DNA from: Candidatus Poseidoniales archaeon | Lineage (GTDB): Archaea; Thermoplasmatota; Poseidoniia; Poseidoniales; Poseidoniaceae | Reading direction: 5' to 3' | Length of the DNA stretch: 64,000 nucleotides | Assembly: GCA_009887195.1 (NCBI GenBank) | Contig: QXXX01000073.1 | Coordinates: forward strand, 2,000-65,999 | Part shown: positions 49,663 to 60,434 of the stretch, piece by piece | Layout: each line of letters opens with the position of its first letter | Numbering within the stretch: the first letter of the stretch is position 1 | Position numbers and translations under genes: made by a program | The notes under the pieces: model-generated | Seen by the model: only the letters and a program-made list of their open reading frames with translations | What the model was told of the DNA's origin: nothing | Databases searched by the model: none

Positions 49663-50130
49663 ATGGCACAATCGAAAACCGAAGACCTAGGAGAAGATTT
49701 CTCTTACATACTTCGTATGGCTGATACCGATATTGATGGTCTAAAACCACTGGCTACAGCGCTAACAGCCGTCAAAGGAGTCGGGGCAAGAACCGCTAAC
49801 CAAATCTGTAGAAATACCGGATTTAGCGCCTTCGCTCTTGCTGGACATCTATCTATCGAAGACCAAGAAACACTCCGAGTAGCTATTGAAGGTTACAATG
49901 AATCGGTTCCGCTATGGATGCTCAACCGCCAAAGAGACTTAGAAACGGGTGATGAAATTCATTTGACCGGCCAACAAGTTTCGTTAACACTCAAAGACGA
50001 CATCACCAGACTACGTTCAATCAAATGTTACCGTGGTGTCAGACACGCTAACGGTAACAAAGTACGTGGTCAGCGTGGACGTTCAAACGGCCGTGGCGGC
50101 CTAACACTTGGTGTAAGCAAGAAGAAGTGA
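49663..50130 (+). CDS. rps13: 30S ribosomal protein uS13
   Basis: ALTAVKGVG, WMLNRQRD, YRGVRH...VRGQR. SD AGGTGA. Confidence 0.97.
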   Translation: MAQSKTEDLGEDFSYILRMADTDIDGLKPLATALTAVKGVGARTANQICRNTGFSAFALAGHLSIEDQETLRVAIEGYNESVPLWMLNRQRDLETGDEIHLTGQQVSLTLKDDITRLRSIKCYRGVRHANGNKVRGQRGRSNGRGGLTLGVSKKK

Positions 50131-50140
50131 GGGATTTATC

Positions 50141-50791
50141 ATGGGAGAGCCAAAGTTTTCGAGACCAAAGTTTGACACGCCTTCACATCCATGGAAGGCT
50201 GCAAGAATAGAAGAAGAACACGCAATTAAAGCCCAACACGGCCTTAAGAATATGCGAGAAATCTGGAAGGCTAAATCTCAACTAAGGCGTCACCGAAGAC
50301 AAGCCATGCGCTTGATCGGTATGGTTGATACCAGTGAAGGACACGGCAAGAAAGAGATGGAAGACATGCTTCGCTCGCTAAACAACAAGGGGCTAATTCA
50401 ATCAGATGCTTCTCTTGACGACGTTTTGTCATTGGGTACCGAAGATATTCTAAATCGAAGACTACAAGCTCAAGTATACTACAAAGGACTTGCAACTACT
50501 ATGAAGCAAGCAAGACAATTAGTAATTCATGGACTAATTTGTATCGGGGAGCAAAAAGTTACCATCCCCTCATATCCGGTCTCTAGAGACGAAGAAGAAC
50601 ATATCAAGTATCATTCCAGTAGCGAACTTAACAATCCTGAACACGCAATTAGAAAGACAATCGAAGGTCGAAGAGAGAAAGCTGAATATGCTGTAGACGA
50701 AGTCGACCCAGAAGCAACTCCAGAATTTGCTGCTGAAGTAAAGGCAGCCGCTGAAGCAGCACCATCAGCAAAAGAAGGAGGCGATGAGTGA
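50141..50791 (+). CDS. rps4: 30S ribosomal protein uS4
   Basis: TPSHPW, GLKNMREIWK, RRLQ, QARQLVIHG. Confidence 0.97.
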   Translation: MGEPKFSRPKFDTPSHPWKAARIEEEHAIKAQHGLKNMREIWKAKSQLRRHRRQAMRLIGMVDTSEGHGKKEMEDMLRSLNNKGLIQSDASLDDVLSLGTEDILNRRLQAQVYYKGLATTMKQARQLVIHGLICIGEQKVTIPSYPVSRDEEEHIKYHSSSELNNPEHAIRKTIEGRREKAEYAVDEVDPEATPEFAAEVKAAAEAAPSAKEGGDE

Positions 50792-51174
50792 TGACCCGCA
50801 AAGCAATCGTCAATATATTCAGTTCTTACAACAATATTCTAATGACGGCAACCGACTTAACCGGTGCCGAAACAATCACTACCTGCTCAGGCGGGCAAAT
50901 GGTGAAATCTTCAAAGGATAGTGGTGGCCAATTCGCCGCTACTAGAGCAGCAGAAAAGTTAGCAGATGCGCTTAAAGACAAGGAATTCTCGCAACTAATA
51001 GTCAAATATCGAGCACCTGGTGGCAATTTGTCAAATAATACCGGTCCTGGTGCACAAGCAGCAATCAGAGCCTTGACTCGTGCTGGAATGACAATTACAA
51101 GAATCGAGGATGTAACTCCAATAGCTCACGATGGAACCAAGAAGAAAGGCGGCCGTCGTGGACGAAGAGTTTGA
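50788..51174 (+). CDS. rps11: 30S ribosomal protein uS11
   Basis: TDLTGAET, GPGAQAAIRAL, IEDVTPIAHDG, GGRRGRRV. Confidence 0.97.
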   Translation: MMTRKAIVNIFSSYNNILMTATDLTGAETITTCSGGQMVKSSKDSGGQFAATRAAEKLADALKDKEFSQLIVKYRAPGGNLSNNTGPGAQAAIRALTRAGMTITRIEDVTPIAHDGTKKKGGRRGRRV

Positions 51175-51189
51175 TTTAGAGGTGATATA

Positions 51190-52119
51190 GTGAAAGCAGA
51201 AGTCGTATCAGGATGGCCAAAAAACAACTCAATTAGAATCTCACTTAGCGAGACCGATGCATCTCAAGTGAATGCAATTCGTCGAGCATTAATTTCAGAT
51301 GTTCCTAAGTTAGCGATTAATAGAGTCAACTTTAGTCAAGGAGTAGTTGAGGCAAATGGAGAAATTCTAGAATCGGTTAACGTACTTCCCGATGAAGTAC
51401 TTGCTCACAGACTTGCAATGATTCCAATTCCAACTTTCCCTGAAGAAAAGCTGGCGTTTTTCGAAACCTGTAGCATTTGTATAGACTTAGTTGAATCAGA
51501 GAAAGGTTGCCCATCCTGTCAGGTACTATATTCGCTTAACATTCAAGGTCCTGCAGCCGATGCTGAAGAAGAATATATTACAGTTTATGCAGGAGATTTA
51601 ACAACTATTTCCGACCCAATGTTCGATGTCAGAGAAGAGCATAGAAAAATTCCTCTTACAATATTGTCGAAAGGACAATACCTCGAACTATACGCCTTTG
51701 CTACCCTTGGCAGAGGTTCTTCCCACCAAAAGTGGTCACCTGCAGCAGGAATCGGGTTTACCGTTCGCCGAGTTGCTAAACTTAACAATGCTAAGAAGGC
51801 TGATACGCTATTTGCTCTGAATCTGAAGACTAGTGACGGCCGTGATATCGATGCTAAATTGTTTGGTAAGGACAAAAAAATTGATGATATCAATACTGTA
51901 CTTGATCTTGAAAGAGCCCTACACCAAGTAGGCCCAGGAACAGGAAGAGAAGCAGATTTCGCCAATGCGATTACCATGGAAGACATGGAAGGAAGTTACA
52001 TTTTATCCTATGATACCGATGGTAGCATGAGTCCAGAGACCGCCTTTAATCTTGCAATGGAAGAACTATCCGACAGATTCACCAATCTGAACGGAGAAAT
52101 CAAGACAGCACTAAAGTGA
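51190..52119 (+). CDS. rpoD: DNA-directed RNA polymerase subunit D (Rpo3)
   Basis: NAIRRALISDVP, DEVLAHRLAMIP, Cys cluster, HQKWSP. Conserved operon position. Confidence 0.95.
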   Translation: MKAEVVSGWPKNNSIRISLSETDASQVNAIRRALISDVPKLAINRVNFSQGVVEANGEILESVNVLPDEVLAHRLAMIPIPTFPEEKLAFFETCSICIDLVESEKGCPSCQVLYSLNIQGPAADAEEEYITVYAGDLTTISDPMFDVREEHRKIPLTILSKGQYLELYAFATLGRGSSHQKWSPAAGIGFTVRRVAKLNNAKKADTLFALNLKTSDGRDIDAKLFGKDKKIDDINTVLDLERALHQVGPGTGREADFANAITMEDMEGSYILSYDTDGSMSPETAFNLAMEELSDRFTNLNGEIKTALK

Positions 52120-52130
52120 AACAATTCGCT

Positions 52131-53249
52131 TTAGTAATGAGTAAATTCAACTTCAGCACCTAAGTGGACTACTTTGTGGCCATTATTGGTTACTTGACCG
52201 ATTATTTGTACGCCGTTCATTTTTTCTGTTAGCCATTCCGTGATTGCCACAGCATGTTGTGAATCTACTGCTAGTATCATACCGCAACCCATGTTGAAAG
52301 TACGATACATCTCCCAAGTATCAACACCACCAGTATTTGCCAGCCACTTGAATTCTGGATGTACAGGTAATGGGTTATCAATTTCCCAACCAAGAGACTT
52401 ATGCAATCTCAATAGATTCGACAAACCTCCTCCAGTGACATGACATATTCCGTGTATATCGTTAACCGAGAAATTAGATTCGGGCGACTGGGCTAATTTA
52501 ATCAAATCAACAACAGGGTCACAATATATTTTGGTAGGATTAAGAAATACTTCACCTAGGGTGACTTGTTTTTGTTCGACAAATCGTAATATTTCTCTAC
52601 CATTAGAGGCAGTGTCAAACGGGGCAGAATCGTGATATGAAAGTCCCGAATGATCAATAATTCGTCTTACTAATGAATACCCATTTGAGTGAATCCCCGA
52701 AGATGGCAGGCCGATCAACACATCCCCTGCTTGGAGATTTTCTCCAGTGATTGCCTCATTCTTTTTTAGATATCCAAGGGCAGTACCAGATAAATCAAGT
52801 TCTGTGACAATTCCTGGTAATGATGCAGTTTCTCCACCTGCTAATGTAACTCTAGCTAACCGACAAGCCTCGGCGAGAGATGCTCCAAGTGCAGCATGTA
52901 CCTCGGGGTCTGGTTTGGGCACTGCGACATAGTCAACAAAGGCAATTGGTTCTGCACCAACGCATAGTAAATCATTAACGTTCATGGCCATACAATCAAT
53001 TCCTACACCAGACCATTGGTTCAGTAGCGACGCAATTTGTAATTTACTGCCAACTCCATCAGTAGCTAAGGCAAGTAAGTTATCGCCAAATTCAATCAGC
53101 CCACCAAATCCACCCGGCAAATCTACTGGGGCACCAGGAGTTCCTGCAGGTCTGACAGATTTTCCTAATGAAGAGATTAGAGAGGCTACTGCTGAACCCT
53201 CCAAGTCAATGTCGACGCCAGCACTAGCGTAATCCATCTTATCTGTCAT
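52131..53249 (-). CDS. purM: Phosphoribosylformylglycinamidine cyclo-ligase (AIR synthetase)
   Basis: YASAGVDID, TDGVGSK, GGETA, SSGIHSNG, HVTGGG, TFNMG. Start placed at ATG 53249. Confidence 0.95.
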   Translation of the reverse strand: MTDKMDYASAGVDIDLEGSAVASLISSLGKSVRPAGTPGAPVDLPGGFGGLIEFGDNLLALATDGVGSKLQIASLLNQWSGVGIDCMAMNVNDLLCVGAEPIAFVDYVAVPKPDPEVHAALGASLAEACRLARVTLAGGETASLPGIVTELDLSGTALGYLKKNEAITGENLQAGDVLIGLPSSGIHSNGYSLVRRIIDHSGLSYHDSAPFDTASNGREILRFVEQKQVTLGEVFLNPTKIYCDPVVDLIKLAQSPESNFSVNDIHGICHVTGGGLSNLLRLHKSLGWEIDNPLPVHPEFKWLANTGGVDTWEMYRTFNMGCGMILAVDSQHAVAITEWLTEKMNGVQIIGQVTNNGHKVVHLGAEVEFTHY

Positions 53250-53287
53250 AACACTGCCAGCAACAGGCAGGCAATGAATAAACCGGC

Positions 53288-54292
53288 TCAAGAGTAGAGT
53301 GCTTCAGCAAGCAGAGGCATACTGCAATCTAAACGATAATCAATACCTGAATGAGTTCCTTGGAACTCTTCCCAGTGATGCTCTATACCATATTGTGTCA
53401 ATAATTCAACAAATACTCTGCTACCATATTGAATGCCATATTGATCAGCATTTCCACAATCAATAAACAACAGTTCTAGCGAAGACAAAGATTGATGATT
53501 TATTTTTACTGATTCAACAGGGTCATATTTTTCCCAATTATTCCAGAGTTCTAAATCAACGATACATGTCTCTAAATCAAACGGCAACGTCAATTTAGCA
53601 GTATTACTGTATGAAGCAGACATTGCACAAATCATCAATGCATGGAAGTCATCACCACTTAATTTACTGCTATCTTTTACGTGATTCAAGAACTTCTCTA
53701 AACCCCCAACCCGGTTAATCTGAGTTGCAGTTTTATGGAAATCTGCTTGGTATAGGTTTTCAAATCCAGCATCACCAGAGTGTGATGCTATCGCATGCCA
53801 TTGTCCGGGGTGATGTAGAGCATTGTGTAGCGCACCATATCCGCCAGAAGATTTCCCGAATAAAGCAAATTTCCCATTGGTCGAGTATCTTTGCGATAGT
53901 TCATCTTTCAATGGGCCATTGAGCCAAGAACTCCATTTTCCTAGAATAGGGGAATCAACAAATTGGTTACCCCCAAGAGAGGTAAAACAATCAGGCATCA
54001 CCAGTATAGTCGGCTTCATCATTCCATCATTGACTAATCTTTCATGTCTTTGTGGAAGGGTTTCTGAAAAAGCCCTCCAACCAGCTCTGGCTAGTCCAGA
54101 AGAAGTAAACGGGGCGAGGTAAATCATTACGGGCAAGCACTCACCTTGGTCAATTGCCGCTAATCCTTGAACGGGAATATGGACTAAAACCTCCCTTGTA
54201 AGCGGGTCTCCAATTGAATTAGTTAGCAATTCTGAATTAAATGAAAACCGCTCAAGTAGACCCATTGTCGGCGAGAAATTATGTTCGGGCAT
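53288..54292 (-). CDS. Alpha/beta-hydrolase esterase (enterochelin esterase-like)
   Basis: GKSSGG nucleophile elbow, IDCG..D, EEFQGTH. Confidence 0.85.
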   Translation of the reverse strand: MPEHNFSPTMGLLERFSFNSELLTNSIGDPLTREVLVHIPVQGLAAIDQGECLPVMIYLAPFTSSGLARAGWRAFSETLPQRHERLVNDGMMKPTILVMPDCFTSLGGNQFVDSPILGKWSSWLNGPLKDELSQRYSTNGKFALFGKSSGGYGALHNALHHPGQWHAIASHSGDAGFENLYQADFHKTATQINRVGGLEKFLNHVKDSSKLSGDDFHALMICAMSASYSNTAKLTLPFDLETCIVDLELWNNWEKYDPVESVKINHQSLSSLELLFIDCGNADQYGIQYGSRVFVELLTQYGIEHHWEEFQGTHSGIDYRLDCSMPLLAEALYS

Positions 54293-54391
54293 GATAGGGC
54301 TAATCGGTCATTACTGATTTGTTAAACGGTTCCGCAATATTACAATGGACACGGGTTTTTTTGCGGTAAAGTGGCTGTAGAACCCACGAAC

Positions 54392-54412
54392 TTTCCAGTG
54401 GAAACCTAGGGG
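54392..54412 (+). promoter_or_regulatory. Origin recognition box (ORB)-like Orc1/Cdc6 binding site
   Basis: TTTCCAGTGGAAACCTAGGGG matches the archaeal ORB core TTCCAGTGGAAAC plus G-string. Intergenic, enclosed by CTGTAGAA/TTCTACAG. Confidence 0.7.
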
Positions 54413-54491
54413 TAGTAAGATTCTACAGAAGTAATCATATACCCTCGACGAATAGAATGACAGTCTACCCAGACAAGAAAAGGTGATATCA

Positions 54492-56618
54492 ATGTTGCAA
54501 GAATTTGATTTAGCGGCGAGATGGACGTCGATGATTCAGGACCTGTACGCAGAGGCCGTACACAATCTTGCACAAAAGTGGCCAGACGAACAATCGCTTG
54601 AGGTTTCTTATCGACTTATCGAAGGGTTTGATGATGATTTTGCGCAAAACATCATCGCCCGACCGGATTTACATTTCCAAGCAGCAAATCAAGCATTACG
54701 TCAATTTTTGCAAGATGAAGGACATAATTCGATGTATCCATTTGTCCGGATAGTTCACCTACCAAGCGATCAAGTTAGGACGGTTTCACAACTTAGAGCC
54801 GATGACATCAGCATGATGCTATCAATCGATGCGATCGCCACTAAGATTTCTGGGGTTCGGCCAAGGATTTACTCCGCATCTTTCCTGTGCGCATCTTGCG
54901 GGCACGTTACCGACATCAAGCAACCAAACGAGCAAGAATTAGTTGAGCCAATCGAATGTTCACAAATCGATGGTGGATGCGGCCGTCCAAAACGCCAGAC
55001 TAGATTCATATTACAGGAAGATGAATCGATACTAATCAATTCGCAATTTATTGAGTTACAAGAATCTCCAGAACAATTGAAGGGCGGAATCCAACCTGAG
55101 AGAATTATTTGCATAGGTGAGCACGACATTGCTGGAAAACTGAATCCTGGAGATCGGGTAAAGGCTAACGGAGTACTATTTATCCGCTCACAACGCAAAG
55201 GTGGCAAAGACACTCCGGTTTTCGATATATTCCTTCGAATACACTCCTTGGAGCGGCAAAATGTCCCACTTGAAGAAATTTCAATAACCGAAGACGAGGA
55301 ACTTGAAATTAAGGAATTAGCTAACCGGTCTGATATTTATGATCTGTTTAGTGAGAGTATTGCTCCATCAATTTTCGGGATGTCTAGGGTCAAAGAATCA
55401 TTAATGTTGCAACTATTTGGTGGCGTTGCTAGAATAAATCCTGATGGTACTAGAAATCGTGGTGACATTCACATATTGTTAATGGGAGACCCCGGTGTTG
55501 CTAAATCCCAACTTCTCGACTATATGTCCAAAATTTCTCCAAGAGGTCAGTTCACTTCTGGACAATCTGCATCAGCAGCAGGTTTGACTGCTGCAGCAGT
55601 ACAGGATTCTGCCGCCGACGGCAGATGGACACTAGAGGCAGGTGCACTAGTTCTAGCAGACCTCGGTCTTGCAGCTATTGACGAATTCGACAAAATGAAC
55701 GAATCTGACAGGTCAAGTATGCACGAAGCCATGGAGCAACAGACGATTTCAATTTCTAAGGCGGGAATAAATGCCAGTTTGCGTACTAGATGTGCAGTAC
55801 TTGCAGCAGCCAACCCTAAGAGTGGTAAATTTGAACCAGTTTCAGATATCCCATTTACTGCCCAAATAAATCTCGCACCACCACTGGTTTCACGATTTGA
55901 TATAATTTGGCTGCTTACCGATATTGCTGAACAAGAAAAAGACGCAAAAATAGCTCGTCACATAATTAACAATAGGTTGCTAGGAACCAGTGAATTGTTA
56001 GTAAATCAGGGCAGTGCTCCTGACCCATCAAGAAAATCCTCAGCCGCGATGAAGAAATCTCAAGAGGGCGATGAAATTCTTTCCAAAGAGTTGATCAGAA
56101 AATACATTGCTTATTCAAAGCGAACTATTCATCCAAAATTGGAAGAGGAGGCAAGGAATAGAATTGTGGCATTTTATGTTGAAACTAGAAAGAAGGGTGG
56201 CGAATCATCTGACAGTGTTTCAATTACCGCAAGGTCTCTAGAAGCGGTGGCTAGGATGGCGGAAGCCAGCGCTAGAATTCGTCTTGCAGATATAGCCACA
56301 GTTGAAGATGTCGAACGCGCCATTCGTTTGACTAGAACTTGGCGAAATGAGTTGATGGGTGAAAACTTCGATGAGACCGCACTTCATACTGGTAAGAAGG
56401 CAACTGCAAGGAATAGCGAGAGAATATTATTAGACATAATCGGCGATTTACAAGCCGCATCGACAGATAATCTCAAGGTGGCAAATCTAATTGATATTTT
56501 TAACGAGGCTCAAAATAATAATATCGATCGCAACAAGGTGGAAGATATGATTGAAAAGATGATTAGAGAGGGCCGTCTAATGAGGCCTCGCGGTTATGAT
56601 ACCATACAGAAATTGTGA
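54492..56618 (+). CDS. mcm: Replicative helicase MCM
   Basis: Zn finger, GDPGVAKS, IDEFDKM, HEAMEQQ, SRFD, ITARSLE. SD AGGTGA before ATG 54492. Confidence 0.97.
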   Translation: MLQEFDLAARWTSMIQDLYAEAVHNLAQKWPDEQSLEVSYRLIEGFDDDFAQNIIARPDLHFQAANQALRQFLQDEGHNSMYPFVRIVHLPSDQVRTVSQLRADDISMMLSIDAIATKISGVRPRIYSASFLCASCGHVTDIKQPNEQELVEPIECSQIDGGCGRPKRQTRFILQEDESILINSQFIELQESPEQLKGGIQPERIICIGEHDIAGKLNPGDRVKANGVLFIRSQRKGGKDTPVFDIFLRIHSLERQNVPLEEISITEDEELEIKELANRSDIYDLFSESIAPSIFGMSRVKESLMLQLFGGVARINPDGTRNRGDIHILLMGDPGVAKSQLLDYMSKISPRGQFTSGQSASAAGLTAAAVQDSAADGRWTLEAGALVLADLGLAAIDEFDKMNESDRSSMHEAMEQQTISISKAGINASLRTRCAVLAAANPKSGKFEPVSDIPFTAQINLAPPLVSRFDIIWLLTDIAEQEKDAKIARHIINNRLLGTSELLVNQGSAPDPSRKSSAAMKKSQEGDEILSKELIRKYIAYSKRTIHPKLEEEARNRIVAFYVETRKKGGESSDSVSITARSLEAVARMAEASARIRLADIATVEDVERAIRLTRTWRNELMGENFDETALHTGKKATARNSERILLDIIGDLQAASTDNLKVANLIDIFNEAQNNNIDRNKVEDMIEKMIREGRLMRPRGYDTIQKL

Positions 56619-56663
56619 ATAATCAATCGTTGCTATCTTGAATGATGAACTACTGGGATTGGT

Positions 56664-58694
56664 ATGGCGGAGCCACATATTACAGAGCCTGAAGGCGATG
56701 TGGCAGATGCTAGTAACCTAAATCCTCAACAATTAGGATTTATGTGTGGTATAGAAGTTCACCAGCAATTAGCTACCGGGAAATTACATTCAAGACAACC
56801 GGGCGATTTGTATGATGTCACAATTGACAGCCTACCTGAAAACTGGCCTAGATTTTCACGGAAACTTAGAGCAGCACGTGGAGAAGGTGGCCGCATTGAT
56901 ATCGCAGCTAGGTTTGAAACCAAAAGAAACCGTTCTTTTGAATATGCCCAATCACCTAATTCAGGATTAATTGAACTAGACGAACAACCACCACTTACCC
57001 ATGACAACGATGCACTAGATATTGCTCTGACTACTGCGGCTTTACTAGAAGCCAATCCCGTCTCTTTGCTCCAGACAATGCGCAAGACGGTCGTAGATGG
57101 GTCAAATACCAGCGGTTTTCAAAGAACAACACTTGTGTCAACCGGTGGTAAACTGCAAACAGAAAGTGGCCCAGTTGGTATTTCAGTCCTGTTGTTGGAA
57201 GAAGATAGTGCTAGAAAATTAGACACTTATCAAACCGATACTGGGGAATGTGTAATCTACAATCTAGACCGACTCGGACTGCCGCTAATTGAAATAGCGA
57301 CTGACCCTGATGTCAAGACTCCAAACCATGCTAAGGAAACCTCAATTGCACTGGGCAGAACACTTAGGCAAACCAGGCGGGTGCGCAGAGGCCTTGGTAG
57401 TATTAGGCAAGATCTCAATGTATCGTTAGCCTGCGGTGATAGAATTGAAATAAAAGGTTGTCAAGATCTCAATTGGATACCAAGAATTATCAGGCTAGAA
57501 ATGGCTCGTCAGTTACACTTTTATCGCTTGGCAAATACTCTTCGCAACAAATATTCATTGCCCGTTTTGCCGCCGGATAGAAGACTTGATGATGCGGCGG
57601 TTGAGGCAGAAGTTAGCCAAGAAATAGCTAAACAACTACCACTGAATTTAGTCGACGTAAGCGAATTATTCTCTAGTTGTGAATCAAATATGGTGATAAC
57701 TGGCTTAAGCAGTGGCGCCCAAATGATTGCTCTATCGCTACCCGGTCTTGACGGACTTATCGGTGCAAAACAATTAGACGTTGAAGGCGCCCAATTACCA
57801 AGACTTGGTAGAGAATTAGCCGGGGCGGCAAAATTAGCTGGAGTCAAAGGAGTGTTTCACTCTGATGAATTGCCGGCTTACGGCATTGAATCAAGCCACG
57901 TCAGCGGAGTACGCGACCAACTAAAATTGTCCGACAGTGACGCATTTGTATTGTGTTTAGCACCTAGATGGCAAGCAGACTTAGCGCTGGAAAGCGTTTT
58001 ACTAAGAGCCCGAGCTGCATGGCATAGAATCCCTCAAGAAGTTCGCAATGTGGTGGTCAAGAAAGGCTCCCCCGAAGACGGCACAACCGCACCAATGCGA
58101 CCGCTTCCTAGCGGTGCTCGAATGTACCCTGAAACAGATATCCCAACCACTTCAGTAAGCAGTTCTATGTGGCAAAGTATCCTAGAAAATATGCCTATGA
58201 CCGACATAGAGAGGCAAGACAGGTTGAGCAAATATGATATTTCAGGCGACCAAAGCGAACAACTCCTCGCTAGGGAATTAGATGATAGTTTTGTAGATTA
58301 TCAAAACGATTTACCAGCAAAGGGTTGGGCGACAGTCTTGTTGGAAAATGATGAAGTTGACCCTGCACTTTCCAGTTTGGTATTATTAGCAAAAGAACAG
58401 GGAGAACTTACTCGCGAAGCAATCAATGACGTAATTACTAATTTTGCTAATAGTGGCGCAACCATGGCAGAAATCCAATCATTTGCTGAACAAAACGGGT
58501 TGAAACCAGCGGATACATCTTCTTTACAATCAGTAATAGACGCTGTAGTTCTCGAACGAATTGATTTTGTTAAAGAGCGAGGCATGGGCGCAATAGGCCC
58601 TCTTATGGGAGTGGTTATGCAGAAGGCTGGCGCAGCAGACGGCAAAGCAGTCAGCGCTCTGCTAAAACAAGCAATCATGGATGCAACCAAGTGA
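56664..58694 (+). CDS. gatE: Glu-tRNA(Gln) amidotransferase subunit E
   Basis: GIEVHQQL, MRKTVVDGSNTSGFQRT, LDRLGLPLIEI, RGLGSIRQD, GARMYPETD. Confidence 0.96.
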   Translation: MAEPHITEPEGDVADASNLNPQQLGFMCGIEVHQQLATGKLHSRQPGDLYDVTIDSLPENWPRFSRKLRAARGEGGRIDIAARFETKRNRSFEYAQSPNSGLIELDEQPPLTHDNDALDIALTTAALLEANPVSLLQTMRKTVVDGSNTSGFQRTTLVSTGGKLQTESGPVGISVLLLEEDSARKLDTYQTDTGECVIYNLDRLGLPLIEIATDPDVKTPNHAKETSIALGRTLRQTRRVRRGLGSIRQDLNVSLACGDRIEIKGCQDLNWIPRIIRLEMARQLHFYRLANTLRNKYSLPVLPPDRRLDDAAVEAEVSQEIAKQLPLNLVDVSELFSSCESNMVITGLSSGAQMIALSLPGLDGLIGAKQLDVEGAQLPRLGRELAGAAKLAGVKGVFHSDELPAYGIESSHVSGVRDQLKLSDSDAFVLCLAPRWQADLALESVLLRARAAWHRIPQEVRNVVVKKGSPEDGTTAPMRPLPSGARMYPETDIPTTSVSSSMWQSILENMPMTDIERQDRLSKYDISGDQSEQLLARELDDSFVDYQNDLPAKGWATVLLENDEVDPALSSLVLLAKEQGELTREAINDVITNFANSGATMAEIQSFAEQNGLKPADTSSLQSVIDAVVLERIDFVKERGMGAIGPLMGVVMQKAGAADGKAVSALLKQAIMDATK

Positions 58695-60394
58695 ATAAAA
58701 TGCGAATAATTGCCACATTTTTTGCTGTTTTATTATTCTTATTAGCCCCTATTAGTGCCGCAGAATCAAATGATAGCAATTGGACAAGCGACCTGACCCA
58801 GCAATGGGATATAGATTTCGAAGCAGTTTATGTGTCCACTAGGCCAGTTATTATCGACGAATCAATTTACGTTAGAACCTCCTCTTCAACAATTGATAAT
58901 GGCGTACCAACAATATATTCTCTAGATTTTTCAGGTAACCAGCAATGGGAGGTGACTAATCCTAATTCAACCAAACAAGATATGTCACCAATATTATCTG
59001 TCAGTGCTGGAAATGGAGAATGTGGTAATTGGCCAGACATGCTGTTGATCGGTTGGTCAGATGGACTTTTCCAAGCTTTAAATCCAACAAACGGCAACGT
59101 CATCTGGCAACATAGTACAGAGTTTCTAAGTTGGGGAATAACTGGTAAAGCAACACTAGACGGGGACTCAATAATCATCCCAACAAGAACCGGAATTGAC
59201 AAACTGTGTTTAGATGGCGACCTAGAATTTTCTCAACAATTAGGCCTAGGCTGGAGAAATAGTCCAACTGCGCTTAATGGCGAGTATTGGATTGGAGATG
59301 AGTCGGGAACTTTGTGGCATGTGTCTGCTAACCAATCAGTAAATTCCTACTCTATTGGGGAAGGGAAAATTCGCCACCAGCCTTTGATTATTGATGATGA
59401 TAATTTACTAATCCATTTGCAATTGCCTTCCGAAAGTGAACTTAAATCGCTAGATACTACAACAGGTGAGTTAACTACCGTAGCAAAATTGGGCTCGTCG
59501 CCAGCTATGCCTGAGATAATGAATCAATACGTAATTACTGCTGATGCTAGTTATGTGTCCCTGATTGACTGCTTGGAAAATTGTCACATGGTGAACCAAG
59601 TTCCTTTCAGATCTAATGGCGAGGTTTCAATAATTTTTGATGACTATATTTTCCTACCGCATAATTCTCAAGAGGGCGGATACGGTATCTTCACAATTTC
59701 AGATGAAGGAGAATTGTATCAGGTCGATACACTAAATTTTGCGGATGATTGGTACGGAACAGCAGGACTAGCAGGACATGAGGTTAACGGCCAAAAGCAA
59801 ATACTGGTGGTCAATGATAATGCAAACCTAAAATTCTTATCAACCGATTATGTATTAACTCTTGAATCAAGCAATGCAGATTCTGATTGGGCGACCATCT
59901 TTGCTATGGTACTGGCTTTGATTATAATTTCAACGACTGGCATCCAACTTCTAAGAGAGCGATTTCAATCGGCATTCAAATTCTTTATTTTGTTCATCAC
60001 AATATTGGTCTACTTTAGTCTTGGAGATATAATCAGTGCCTGGGCCGATCTTGTTGAGGACTCGGATAACAGTGACCCCGATGATGCTTGGTCGGAAAAT
60101 TGGCCAGACAAGTGGCTTGGTACGCAAGTTGTAATCTTTGAATTTAAGGACGGGCTCATCGAGGCTGGCGGCTATGTTGGTCACGAAGACGTCCTTGAAC
60201 TGACTAAATACGCAACCAGTGAACAAGGCATCGACCTTGAGATATCTGATACCAGCTTTGGCAAATATGTAGTGAGTATTGATGGAAAATCAGGCGATGG
60301 GTGGGAGTACTATGTCAACGGTCAAGCGGGCACAATATCTGCTGAGTATCAATCAATTGATTCTAATGCAGTAGTGGTATGGAAACAACTCTAG
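58691..60394 (+). CDS. Secreted PQQ-like beta-propeller + TM hairpin + C-terminal DUF4430-like (transcobalamin beta-domain-like) protein
   Basis: Signal peptide, propeller W motifs, two TMs, then FGKYVVSIDG...WEYYVNG...SA. Confidence 0.75.
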   Translation: MNKMRIIATFFAVLLFLLAPISAAESNDSNWTSDLTQQWDIDFEAVYVSTRPVIIDESIYVRTSSSTIDNGVPTIYSLDFSGNQQWEVTNPNSTKQDMSPILSVSAGNGECGNWPDMLLIGWSDGLFQALNPTNGNVIWQHSTEFLSWGITGKATLDGDSIIIPTRTGIDKLCLDGDLEFSQQLGLGWRNSPTALNGEYWIGDESGTLWHVSANQSVNSYSIGEGKIRHQPLIIDDDNLLIHLQLPSESELKSLDTTTGELTTVAKLGSSPAMPEIMNQYVITADASYVSLIDCLENCHMVNQVPFRSNGEVSIIFDDYIFLPHNSQEGGYGIFTISDEGELYQVDTLNFADDWYGTAGLAGHEVNGQKQILVVNDNANLKFLSTDYVLTLESSNADSDWATIFAMVLALIIISTTGIQLLRERFQSAFKFFILFITILVYFSLGDIISAWADLVEDSDNSDPDDAWSENWPDKWLGTQVVIFEFKDGLIEAGGYVGHEDVLELTKYATSEQGIDLEISDTSFGKYVVSIDGKSGDGWEYYVNGQAGTISAEYQSIDSNAVVVWKQL

Positions 60395-60434
60395 TTTAGG
60401 TAATACTCAAGTCATCCGACTGCTAGGCCTGTAT

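Noticed and set aside
54457-54486. 9-codon uORF MTVYPDKKR before mcm
   Set aside because: Its stop is just part of the SD AGGTGA; too short to support, and it may begin upstream of the likely TSS.
60395-60434. Cobalamin riboswitch before the CbrT-like gene
   Set aside because: Gap is only 40 nt and is explained by a promoter box; no B12 box seen.
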